Shown piece after piece: positions 36,078 to 44,207 of a DNA stretch of 45,629 nt (positions within the stretch are counted from its first letter, which is position 1; every line of letters starts with the position of its first letter). The notes beneath the pieces are model-generated. The model had not been told where the DNA came from. It searched no databases and saw nothing but the letters and a program-made list of their open reading frames with translations. Origin of the DNA: an uncultured Muribaculaceae bacterium (GTDB lineage: Bacteria; Bacillota_I; Bacilli_A; RF39; UBA660); NCBI GenBank assembly GCA_964553605.1, contig CAZKKR010000003.1:1-45629 (forward strand), in the 5' to 3' direction. The translations under genes and the position numbers were made by a program.

Positions 36078-36191
36078 AACTACCCACTCCAAATTTATCT
36101 AAAAATTTAACAAAATTTTTCTTTATTATCAATTTCCTATATACAGTTTATCATAACCATATATCTTTTTAAAGTATTTTTAAGTATTTTT

Positions 36192-36854
36192 TTAAATAAT
36201 ATATTTTTTAAAATTATCTGTCATAATAATTTTGCCATTTTTATACCAAAAAACATCACACCCATGCTTTAAGGCATATTCTCTACCTTCTTCAGTAGTT
36301 AAATTGCTTATATTTTGAGCAGTAATAGTCGCTTTAATAATATCATCACAAATAACTATTAAAGTATCATACATACCATCATTTATCGTAACCATACTTT
36401 TATTTTCGAAAGAAACAATTTTTAAAATTTCATCATTATTAGGATCACTAATACTAATGTTATATTTGTTTTCCCCATATTTCTTACCTGCAATTATATT
36501 TCCATTTGCATTAATAATATATTTGGTTATTCCCTTACTTTTTAAATAATTTATAACTTTATTCGTCGCCAAGCTGAGGATTATATTTCTATCATTAACA
36601 TCAAAAATAATTTCGGAATCATAACTAATTTCATCAATAGCTTGAATTTTTTCATATTTTTTATATATTTTATCAATTCTATCAGAAACTTTTTTTACAT
36701 TTACTCTATCATATATAGCCACTGTAATAGTTTTTTTATCAAAATTATAACTTTTTAAAAAAATTCTATTATTTTTAATCATTCCTAACCATAAAAGTAA
36801 AACAATAATTAAAAACAAAATAATATAATTACGCTTTTCAATTATAATATTCAT
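36192..36854 (-). CDS. Membrane-anchored protein with weak, partial ApbE-like similarity
   Basis: 220 aa. N-terminal anchor. LATNKVINYLKSKGITKYIINANGNIIAGKKYGENKYNISISDP resembles the ApbE core (KGyavD..L...G....vn.GGdi...G...W.igI.dP). The protein is about 100 aa shorter than ApbE, and I cannot see the central FAD-binding segment. Confidence 0.35.
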   Translation of the reverse strand: MNIIIEKRNYIILFLIIVLLLWLGMIKNNRIFLKSYNFDKKTITVAIYDRVNVKKVSDRIDKIYKKYEKIQAIDEISYDSEIIFDVNDRNIILSLATNKVINYLKSKGITKYIINANGNIIAGKKYGENKYNISISDPNNDEILKIVSFENKSMVTINDGMYDTLIVICDDIIKATITAQNISNLTTEEGREYALKHGCDVFWYKNGKIIMTDNFKKYII

Positions 36855-36914
36855 ACTATCACCATAATAATTCTAACAAAAAAAGCATATAAAAACAATC
36901 TACTATAAAGTAGA

Positions 36915-37928
36915 TTATTTTACTAAATCTTTTTCTAAGACATACTCATAAGCTTTTTTTAATTTCATGCCGATATTTTTAATATCACGTTCTTTAGCTA
37001 TTTTATAACCTGCCAAAGTTAAGTCTGGGACCTCTCCCTCAATAATTTTATGAATTTTTAAAGCAAATTCAGAAATATCTTTAGCCTTATAAACATTAAC
37101 TCCATCAGTAAGAAAATCATCATAAATTGGTATATCACTAATTAAAGTTTTAGTTTTCATAGCCAAAGCTTCTAATAAAACAATCCCCTCAGTTTCTTCC
37201 TTAGTAGGAAAAATATATAAATCGCATCCTGCATAAGCATCACGCAAATCAACAGAATTAATATAACCTGGAAATTTTACATTATCCGGTTTATTTTTAA
37301 TAGCCTTACTAACATTTTCTGGAATTAAAGCTGGAGCTGTATAACCAAACCAAATAAACTTATACTCCGGAAATTTTTTGGCTAACTCAATGAATTCTAA
37401 AATCCCTTTTCTTTCAATATAAAGACCAACTGCCATAATCACTTTGTCAGTCTTTTTATAACCATACTCTTTTCTAAATTTATCAGGATTACACTTATCA
37501 CGATCAAAAAAATCCAAATCAATGCCATTTGAGATAGCAATTATCTCTTTATCTAAATCATATTTTTCAAGCAATTTTTTAGAGTATTCAGTAGGTGTAA
37601 TTAATAAATCTGCAGAACCATAACAACTCTTAAGCCACTGTTTAAATAAAGGTGAAACAGCATTAGAAAGTTTAAAAGAATTTCTAAAATCTTCTTCCGT
37701 AGAATGAGCATGAAAAATAACTTTTTTACCTAATCTCTTGCATTTTTTGGCTAAAATCAAAGATTCAGGAAAAATTGTATTTATATGCACAATATCAAAG
37801 TCATCATTCACATCTGTTGTATAAGGAACATGAACTAAATCTAACGCTTTTTTTTGATGAATAATTGCTCTACCAACACCACTTTTTTCTACATCTTTAA
37901 ACTTCCCTGTATGTAATAAAACCTTCAT
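36915..37928 (-). CDS. GT4-family glycosyltransferase (glycolipid synthase-like)
   Basis: 337 aa. MKVLLHTGKF.DVEKSGVGRAI..., HAHSTEEDF, and E(T)EGIVLLEALAM (EX7E motif). Confidence 0.8.
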   Translation of the reverse strand: MKVLLHTGKFKDVEKSGVGRAIIHQKKALDLVHVPYTTDVNDDFDIVHINTIFPESLILAKKCKRLGKKVIFHAHSTEEDFRNSFKLSNAVSPLFKQWLKSCYGSADLLITPTEYSKKLLEKYDLDKEIIAISNGIDLDFFDRDKCNPDKFRKEYGYKKTDKVIMAVGLYIERKGILEFIELAKKFPEYKFIWFGYTAPALIPENVSKAIKNKPDNVKFPGYINSVDLRDAYAGCDLYIFPTKEETEGIVLLEALAMKTKTLISDIPIYDDFLTDGVNVYKAKDISEFALKIHKIIEGEVPDLTLAGYKIAKERDIKNIGMKLKKAYEYVLEKDLVK

Positions 37929-37936
37929 GTATCCAC

Positions 37937-38158
37937 CTAACCTTTTACATTAACTAGTATAACATCTTTTCCAATCTTGTCAATGTACTTCCACTCAACT
38001 AAACTTCTACCACCACTAAAAAAAAGAAATTTTCGCTTATGAACTATAAAGTTTGTAATCTTCCCACCACGGTCAATTTCAATATCCGTAATTAATCCTA
38101 TTTTTTTACCATCAGTTAAATTAATAACATCTTTGGTTTGTAAATCAGAAAGTAACAT
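37937..38158 (-). CDS. ylmC: YlmC/YmxH-family (PRC-barrel) sporulation protein
   Basis: 73 aa. LSDLQTKDVINLTDGKKIGLITDIEID..GKI matches the family pattern. Lies downstream of sigG, as in Bacilli. Confidence 0.8.
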   Translation of the reverse strand: MLLSDLQTKDVINLTDGKKIGLITDIEIDRGGKITNFIVHKRKFLFFSGGRSLVEWKYIDKIGKDVILVNVKG

Positions 38159-38206
38159 ACTACCACCATTAAATTATATTAAATACAAAAATGAAAATAC
38201 CATTTC

Positions 38207-38980
38207 TTATTTAATTAATTTCTTCAAATTATTAAGACCATTTTTTTCTAATCGAGATATTTGTGCCTGACTAATCCCTATTTCCGATGCCAGTTCCATT
38301 TGTGTTTTACCTATCATATATCTTTGAATTAAAATATATCTCTCTTTTTCCTTTATATTATTCAAAGCCTCTTTTAACGCTATTTTAGTCTCCATATCGT
38401 ATAAATCATTTTCTTTTGACAACTGATCAGCAAGATAAATAACATCTCCCCCATCATTATAAATTGGTTCATACATACTAACCGTATCTTTCAAAGAATT
38501 TAAAGCATTAGTAACTTCAAATTCACTAACACCTAATTCAAGGGCAATTTCTTTAATAGATGGTTCTTTAATATTAATGTTAGTCAATTTTTCTTTAACT
38601 TTTAAAGCTTTATAAGCTAAATCTTTAATACTTCGGGATATTCTAACACTATTATTATCTCTTAAATATCTCTTAACTTCTCCCAAAATCATCGGAACAG
38701 CATAAGTACTAAATTTAACATCATGTGATAAATCAAAATTATCAATTGCCTTTATTAAACCAATACAGCCAACTTGAAACAAATCATCCATATTATCACA
38801 TCTGCCTACAAAAGATTTCAAAATAGATAAAACTAATTTTAAATTACCATTAATTAATTCTTCTTTAGCTTCCATATTTCCATTTTGATATCTCTTAAAA
38901 AGATCTAATTGTTCTTCATAACTTAATACCTTAATATTCGCAGTATTCACGCCACATATATCAACTTTATGACGTGCCAT
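38207..38980 (-). CDS. sigG: RNA polymerase sporulation sigma factor SigG
   Basis: MARHKVDICGVNTANIKVL..., LINGNLKLVLSILKSF, DDLFQVGCIGLIKAIDNFDLSHDVKFSTYAVPMILGEVKRYLRDNN. Close to B. subtilis SigG throughout. Confidence 0.9.
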   Translation of the reverse strand: MARHKVDICGVNTANIKVLSYEEQLDLFKRYQNGNMEAKEELINGNLKLVLSILKSFVGRCDNMDDLFQVGCIGLIKAIDNFDLSHDVKFSTYAVPMILGEVKRYLRDNNSVRISRSIKDLAYKALKVKEKLTNINIKEPSIKEIALELGVSEFEVTNALNSLKDTVSMYEPIYNDGGDVIYLADQLSKENDLYDMETKIALKEALNNIKEKERYILIQRYMIGKTQMELASEIGISQAQISRLEKNGLNNLKKLIK

Positions 38981-39025
38981 AAATCTCCTTTCTAAAATTA
39001 TAATGATTGTTTTTTATAAAAAATA

Positions 39026-39056
39026 AACAAAAAAATATCTTCCTAAGAAGATATTT
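39026..39056 (-). terminator. Terminator between the 39043 gene and sigG
   Basis: Minus strand: AAATATCTTC-TTAG-GAAGATATTT followed by TTTTTTG. The stop codon lies in the loop/stem. Confidence 0.7.
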
Positions 39057-39501
39057 TATATAACAAATAGATCTCTAATAATATAAATATTAAAATACAT
39101 ATAATAATTTTCTTATTTATATCTTTTCGGCATATCATATATAAATAAACTATAATTCCTATAAATATCGAAATAAAACTAAATATTTTATTTATAAAAA
39201 GTAAAAAAGAAGCAATCAAAATTGAAATAATAATGGGCAATAAATTAAAAAATATAATCTGTTTTTTGTTTATAAAATATATTATAAAAAACAATAAAAT
39301 ACTAATAATTAATATACATATTTCACTAAGTAAAAATATTTGACCATAATTTGGATTAACTTTAGAAGTAGTAATAAAGGCTTTTCCAAATGAAGTACTA
39401 TAATTACTAACATTTTCACTAAATATTACATATTTATACAAAGTATTAAAAACACCAGCAATTAAAACAAAAATACCACTTAATAATATATTTTTCTTCA
39501 T
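39043..39501 (-). CDS. Hypothetical membrane protein (152 aa, about 4 TM)
   Basis: Hydrophobic ORF abutting the YitT gene (39501/39504). No motif recognised. Confidence 0.5.
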   Translation of the reverse strand: MKKNILLSGIFVLIAGVFNTLYKYVIFSENVSNYSTSFGKAFITTSKVNPNYGQIFLLSEICILIISILLFFIIYFINKKQIIFFNLLPIIISILIASFLLFINKIFSFISIFIGIIVYLYMICRKDINKKIIICILIFILLEIYLLYKISS

Positions 39502-39503
39502 TT

Positions 39504-40370
39504 TTACATACTTTCAGGAAGTTTTTTAACATGCGTTCCAATTATTTCTGAAACTTCCATTACCGTTGCGAAAGAAGAAGCTCTAACTTCATCTAAAATA
39601 TCTTTTAAAATAGATACTTCAAATCTTGTAATTACTGTATATAAAACTTTTTTGCCACCATGAGAAATAAAACCTTGTCCAGAAATAACTGTAACTGTTC
39701 TTCCTAATCTTTCTAATATTTTTTTAGAAATTTCTTTATCGTTATCAGTAATTATCAACACGGCCTTCGCACTATTAAAGCCATCTGAAACAAAATCAAT
39801 TACCTTATAAGAAATAAAATAAGTTAAAAGTGAATATAAAGCTCTCTCAGGCCCAAAAACAAATATTGCAGAACCATATATAAATATATTAAAAATAAAC
39901 ACAACTTGCCCTACTGACAAAATACCCTTACGGTTTATTAATATGGCAACCGTCTCTGTTCCGTCCAAACAGCCGCCTTCTTTTATAACTAAACCAACAC
40001 CAATACCTAAAGCAATACCACCATATACAGTTGCTAGTAAAGTATCATCAATTAAAGGTGTGAATTTATCAAAAACCTCAAGCAAAACACTAAATAAAAC
40101 CATTCCATAACCGGTTTTAATTAAAAATTTTTCACCAATTAAATGATATCCTAAAATAATAAAAGGTAAATTAAATAGAAATACTGTAAGTCCTAAAGAA
40201 CCACCACATAGTTTATTAAAAATAATTGAAATACCATTAATTCCCCCATCTATCATTAAATTAGGAATCAAAATAAGTTCTAAAGAAGCCGCAGCAATTA
40301 TTGAACCTATCGTAATAATAACAAGCGATAATAAAAATTTATATGTAATTATTGATTGTTTTTCTTCCAT
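39504..40370 (-). CDS. YitT-family membrane protein (DUF2179 C-terminal domain)
   Basis: 288 aa. Five TM with the GG.NG.S pattern (DGGINGISII), GGCLDGTE, and a C-terminal soluble domain ...VLYTVITRFEVSILKDIL.... Confidence 0.8.
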   Translation of the reverse strand: MEEKQSIITYKFLLSLVIITIGSIIAAASLELILIPNLMIDGGINGISIIFNKLCGGSLGLTVFLFNLPFIILGYHLIGEKFLIKTGYGMVLFSVLLEVFDKFTPLIDDTLLATVYGGIALGIGVGLVIKEGGCLDGTETVAILINRKGILSVGQVVFIFNIFIYGSAIFVFGPERALYSLLTYFISYKVIDFVSDGFNSAKAVLIITDNDKEISKKILERLGRTVTVISGQGFISHGGKKVLYTVITRFEVSILKDILDEVRASSFATVMEVSEIIGTHVKKLPESM

Positions 40371-40442
40371 ACAATCCCTCCTATTATCATTATATATTAA
40401 TTTAAAATATGAAACAAGAAAAAAGATAATCCTTTACACGAA

Positions 40443-41123
40443 TTATCTCTTAATTACACCTTTATTTGAAACATCTTTCTTTTTAGAATCATTCACATGA
40501 ACACTTGGTTTATAATTTTTCATTTCGAAAATCGGCTTATATACATTTTCCAAAACATCTAACTTGTTATCCAAAAGAGCTAAAGTTTCCTCAACATCAA
40601 GAGTAGAATAACTTTCTAAATATTTTGTATGATTTTTTAAATTAATTAATTCATTACGAATCGCACTACCTAACTGTAATAAATTATCTGTATAATCGCT
40701 AAGTGTTTGAATATTAAAATCAGAAAGAGACATTACTCTTATATCTAAAGAAAGAATTCCAAATTGATTATTAAACACTTCATATTTCTCTTCAAAATCC
40801 TCTAAAATACCCAAAGCCCATTTACGCTCATAAGCATAATTATAATTCTCACTCATAATACTAATCATATCATTTAAATAAAAAAGCTTTGAAAATAATT
40901 CTGGATATTCTAAACTTTGATTTTCAAAAGTTTTAATTAACTTTTCCATACTTTTACGACATTTAATTGCTTCACTAACCCAAAGTGTAAATTCATAATC
41001 ACATTTTCTTGAATTATCAGAATACTCTTTTAATAATAAATCAACTTCTTCTCCATAATTAGCAACATATTCTAAAGCTTTAAATAAATCATGAACTTGT
41101 TTTCCTAAAATATCTTTTTTCAT
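40443..41123 (-). CDS. Hypothetical soluble helical protein (226 aa)
   Basis: ATG 41121-41123 (MKKDILGKQVHDLF) follows GGGGGA. Predicted all-helical, with no TM segment and no recognisable motif. Confidence 0.5.
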   Translation of the reverse strand: MKKDILGKQVHDLFKALEYVANYGEEVDLLLKEYSDNSRKCDYEFTLWVSEAIKCRKSMEKLIKTFENQSLEYPELFSKLFYLNDMISIMSENYNYAYERKWALGILEDFEEKYEVFNNQFGILSLDIRVMSLSDFNIQTLSDYTDNLLQLGSAIRNELINLKNHTKYLESYSTLDVEETLALLDNKLDVLENVYKPIFEMKNYKPSVHVNDSKKKDVSNKGVIKR

Positions 41124-41186
41124 AAATTTCCCCCTAAAAGTCAACGACTATTATATGCAAACACAAAAAAAAGTCAAATGCATGAT

Positions 41187-41873
41187 TTAACTCTTATCTA
41201 ATTGTTTTAATCTTCTAATAACTTTTTTCTCAATTCTGGAAATATATGATTGACTAATACCCAAAATTCTAGCAACATCTTTTTGAGTCATTTCTTCATT
41301 ATTAAAAAGTCCATAACGCATTATCATAATTTTTTTATCACGATCATTTAATTTATTAATTTCACTATAAACTAATTTTTTTTCTGTCTCTTCAAGAAGT
41401 CCTTTTGTAACTATATCTTCATCCGTCCCTAAAACATCTTCTAAATGAAGTTCATTTCCTTCAGCATCATAACTAAGACTATCTTCAAAACTTATTTCGC
41501 TTTTTCTTCTTTTATTTTTCCTTAAAAACATTAATATTTCATTATCAATGCATCTAGAAGCATATGTTGCAAGTTTAATATTTTTTCCTAATTTATAAGT
41601 ATTAACACCCTTAATTAAACCAACACTACCAATACTTACTAAATCTTCTAAATCAACTCCCGTATTTTCATATTTTTTTGCTAAAAAAACTACCAATCTA
41701 AGATTATGTTCAATTAACTTAGCCCTAGCTCTTTCATTTCCATCCATAGCCATAGTCACATATTTAACCTCTTCTTCTTTAGATAAAGGAGCCGGCAGTT
41801 TATCCGCACTACCAATAAAATAAACATCATTATTAAAAATTTTATTAAATATTTTTCTTAACCACTTAATCAT
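41187..41873 (-). CDS. sigE: RNA polymerase sporulation sigma factor SigE (pro-sigma-E)
   Basis: Pro-sequence MIKWLRKIFNKIFNNDVYFIGSADKLPAPLS, then LIEHNLRLVVFLAKKY, GLIKGVNTYK, KLATYASRCIDNEILMFLR. The ATG overlaps the spoIIGA stop (ATGATTAA). Confidence 0.9.
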   Translation of the reverse strand: MIKWLRKIFNKIFNNDVYFIGSADKLPAPLSKEEEVKYVTMAMDGNERARAKLIEHNLRLVVFLAKKYENTGVDLEDLVSIGSVGLIKGVNTYKLGKNIKLATYASRCIDNEILMFLRKNKRRKSEISFEDSLSYDAEGNELHLEDVLGTDEDIVTKGLLEETEKKLVYSEINKLNDRDKKIMIMRYGLFNNEEMTQKDVARILGISQSYISRIEKKVIRRLKQLDKS

Positions 41874-42638
41874 TATATCCCTCCATTAGTCCATTAAGTA
41901 AAACATCTGCCCCAAATACCCCCACATTTTTACTAAAACCTAAATATATATTTTTAAATTCCCCTAAACCAACAACTTCTACTTTTCTAACCTTTATACA
42001 TGTAAGTAAATTAGTTCCACCAACCGTACTATAAGGAACATAATATTTTTTATTTTTAAAAGTATTATCAATGTTTGTGATAATTACTGGTTTTCCCTTA
42101 AAAAGCAAAGTATTTCCAGTATCAAAATAACCATTTAATTTTAAAATATTCCCACCAGCATAAATATTAACTTTATATAAATTAATAACCTTATTTTTAA
42201 ACATTTTCATTTGTTTAATATAAATATATAAGATAATAGGCGCAAATATTACTAAAAAAATTATATTTACACTAACCCCTTTATGATAAAAAATAAGTCC
42301 CTCATGTTTATAACTAAATTCTAAATTTAAATAATATAAAAAACCTCCCAAAACAATACTAACCATATAAAATGAAAAAAAATTAACTAAAAAATATTTA
42401 ATATTTCTATATCCAAAACATATCATACACATTAAAAACCTAAATAAATTTTAATTAAAAAAAGTTCAAAACCGTTTACTTTAAAAAATAAAACAAGTAT
42501 AGATAAACTTCCAACAAAAGCTCCTAATAGAATTCTAAATACCTTAACATTTCTTTTTAAAATAACCACTGTCGTAAGGAGTAACAAAAAATCAAAGAAA
42601 AAATTTAATAATAAAAGCCCATCAACATATATTGTCAT
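41866..42638 (-). pseudogene. spoIIGA: Sigma-E processing peptidase SpoIIGA, split by a 1-nt frameshift in a T5 run
   Basis: Track ORFs 42432..42641 (MMTIYVDGLLLLNFFFDFLLLLTTVVILKR...) and 41866..42432 (...FFSFYMVSIVLGG...GYFDTGNTLLF...) align to the N- and C-terminal parts of B. subtilis SpoIIGA. They are in different frames and meet at ggTTTTTaATGtg. One additional T would give a continuous ...KIYLGFLMCMICFGYRN.... Confidence 0.8.
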
Positions 42639-42684
42639 CACATCACCAATTTAAGTATAAAAAAGGCAAAATAAAAAAAGTGTC

Positions 42685-42711
42685 TAAAAAAGAATAACCT
42701 AAGTTATTCTT
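42685..42711 (-). terminator. Terminator of the AI-2E transporter gene
   Basis: Minus strand: AAGAATAAC-TTAG-GTTATTCTT followed by TTTTTAG. The stop codon lies in the stem. Confidence 0.7.
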
Positions 42712-43765
42712 TATTTTTTGCTCTTTTTTCTTTCATTTTAATAAGATCATTTTTAAAAAACTTTATAGTTGCAATTATTAAAATAGAAAGTGGTAAAGCA
42801 ATAATTATACCAATAATTCCAAAAAGTATTCCACCAATAAATACTGAAGAAATTACAATAAGTGGATGTACTTTATTTGTTTTTCCATAAACAAGTGGAT
42901 TAATTACATAACCATCAATAGATGAGAAAATCATAAATACAATACAGGTTTTAATAAATAACGCTGGACTAATAACAAAAGCTGTTATAGCCGCAATTAT
43001 ATTTGTAATGATACCTCCAAAATAAGGGATTAAATTACCAAATGAGGCTAAACCACCTAAAAGAAGAGCGTTAGGATGTCCAATAATTGAATAAATAATC
43101 GTATACTCTAAGAAAGAAATTAAAACAATCTTCATAAAGCCTGATAAATATTTCTCCATTTCATCATCTAAAGCTTTAACATAATTAAACATTTTTTCTG
43201 ATTTCATGTGCAGATAATCCTTTAAAAATTCTCGCACCTTATCCATATCAGAAAGGAAATATATAAATAAAGCAAAAACAATAAATATTTTAGAAATATA
43301 ATCTAAAGAAACACTTATCACATTAATAGCTCCATTAGAAATATAAGTACCAAGCTTTTCTAAAATATTATCAAAATTAACAGATAAAGAATCCTGAATA
43401 TCTTTAAAATTAACATTGTAATTAACTGAAAGTTCTTTTAAAAATGTTACAATACCATCAAATAAACTACGCATTTGAGTTGTTAAAAGTGGTGTAATTA
43501 AAGATATAAGAAGTCCTAAAATTGCCAAAATACCAAAGACAACAATAATAATTGCCAAAGGTTTAGGAATTTTCTTATTTACCAGTTTACGAACTAAAGG
43601 ATATATCGCATAGGCTAAGACAAATGCTATAAAAAATGGAAAAATTATTTTACCAACAACGCTTAATATTCCAAACCAAAAATCCTTTGTTTGATAAATT
43701 AAATAAATTATCAAAACGATAAGTGCTGTATTTATAAGTTTAAAATCAACCTTGTTTTTAATCAT
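42704..43765 (-). CDS. AI-2E family transporter (PerM/YtvI-like)
   Basis: 353 aa, about 8 TM. Characteristic ...LGGLASFGNLIPYFGGIITNIIA... and ...VHPLIVISSVFIGGILFGIIG... segments. Confidence 0.85.
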   Translation of the reverse strand: MIKNKVDFKLINTALIVLIIYLIYQTKDFWFGILSVVGKIIFPFFIAFVLAYAIYPLVRKLVNKKIPKPLAIIIVVFGILAILGLLISLITPLLTTQMRSLFDGIVTFLKELSVNYNVNFKDIQDSLSVNFDNILEKLGTYISNGAINVISVSLDYISKIFIVFALFIYFLSDMDKVREFLKDYLHMKSEKMFNYVKALDDEMEKYLSGFMKIVLISFLEYTIIYSIIGHPNALLLGGLASFGNLIPYFGGIITNIIAAITAFVISPALFIKTCIVFMIFSSIDGYVINPLVYGKTNKVHPLIVISSVFIGGILFGIIGIIIALPLSILIIATIKFFKNDLIKMKEKRAKNKE

Positions 43766-44207
43766 TGTTTCCCTCCTTTTCTAACATGATCGTAACTGGA
43801 CCATCATTTTTAATATTAACAAGCATATCAGCTCCAAACCTGCCGGTCTCTACATGTAAATGACTACCTAATTTTTTATTAAATAAATCATAAAGTTTAG
43901 TGGCTTCTTCCGGCCTTAAAGCTTTAACATAACTAGGTCTATTGCCTTTCTTAGTGTCCGCATATAAAGTAAACTGAGATATACTTAAAATATCGCCGCC
44001 AGCTTCCAAAATTGATTTATTCATAACACCATTTTCATCATCAAAAATTCGCAAGTTTATAACTTTATTAATTAAAAAATCAATTTCTTTTTCACTATCA
44101 CCATAAGTAAAACCGACAAACAAAACTAAACCTTTACTTATCTTGCCCACAGTTTTACCATCTATACTAACACTAGAATCTAAACTTCTTTGAACTAAAA
44201 CTCTCAA
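43758..44207 (-). CDS. dtd: D-aminoacyl-tRNA deacylase
   Basis: 149 aa. MRVLVQR..., SQFTLYADTKKGNRPS, GRFGADM. The TTG start overlaps the relA stop. Confidence 0.9.
   Translation of the reverse strand: MRVLVQRSLDSSVSIDGKTVGKISKGLVLFVGFTYGDSEKEIDFLINKVINLRIFDDENGVMNKSILEAGGDILSISQFTLYADTKKGNRPSYVKALRPEEATKLYDLFNKKLGSHLHVETGRFGADMLVNIKNDGPVTIMLEKEGNND

Noticed and set aside
36172-36191. Direct tandem duplication aagtattttt x2 in the intergenic region before the ApbE-like gene.
   Set aside because: Only two copies of an AT-rich 10-mer. This is expected by chance in such sequence, and no associated structure is seen.
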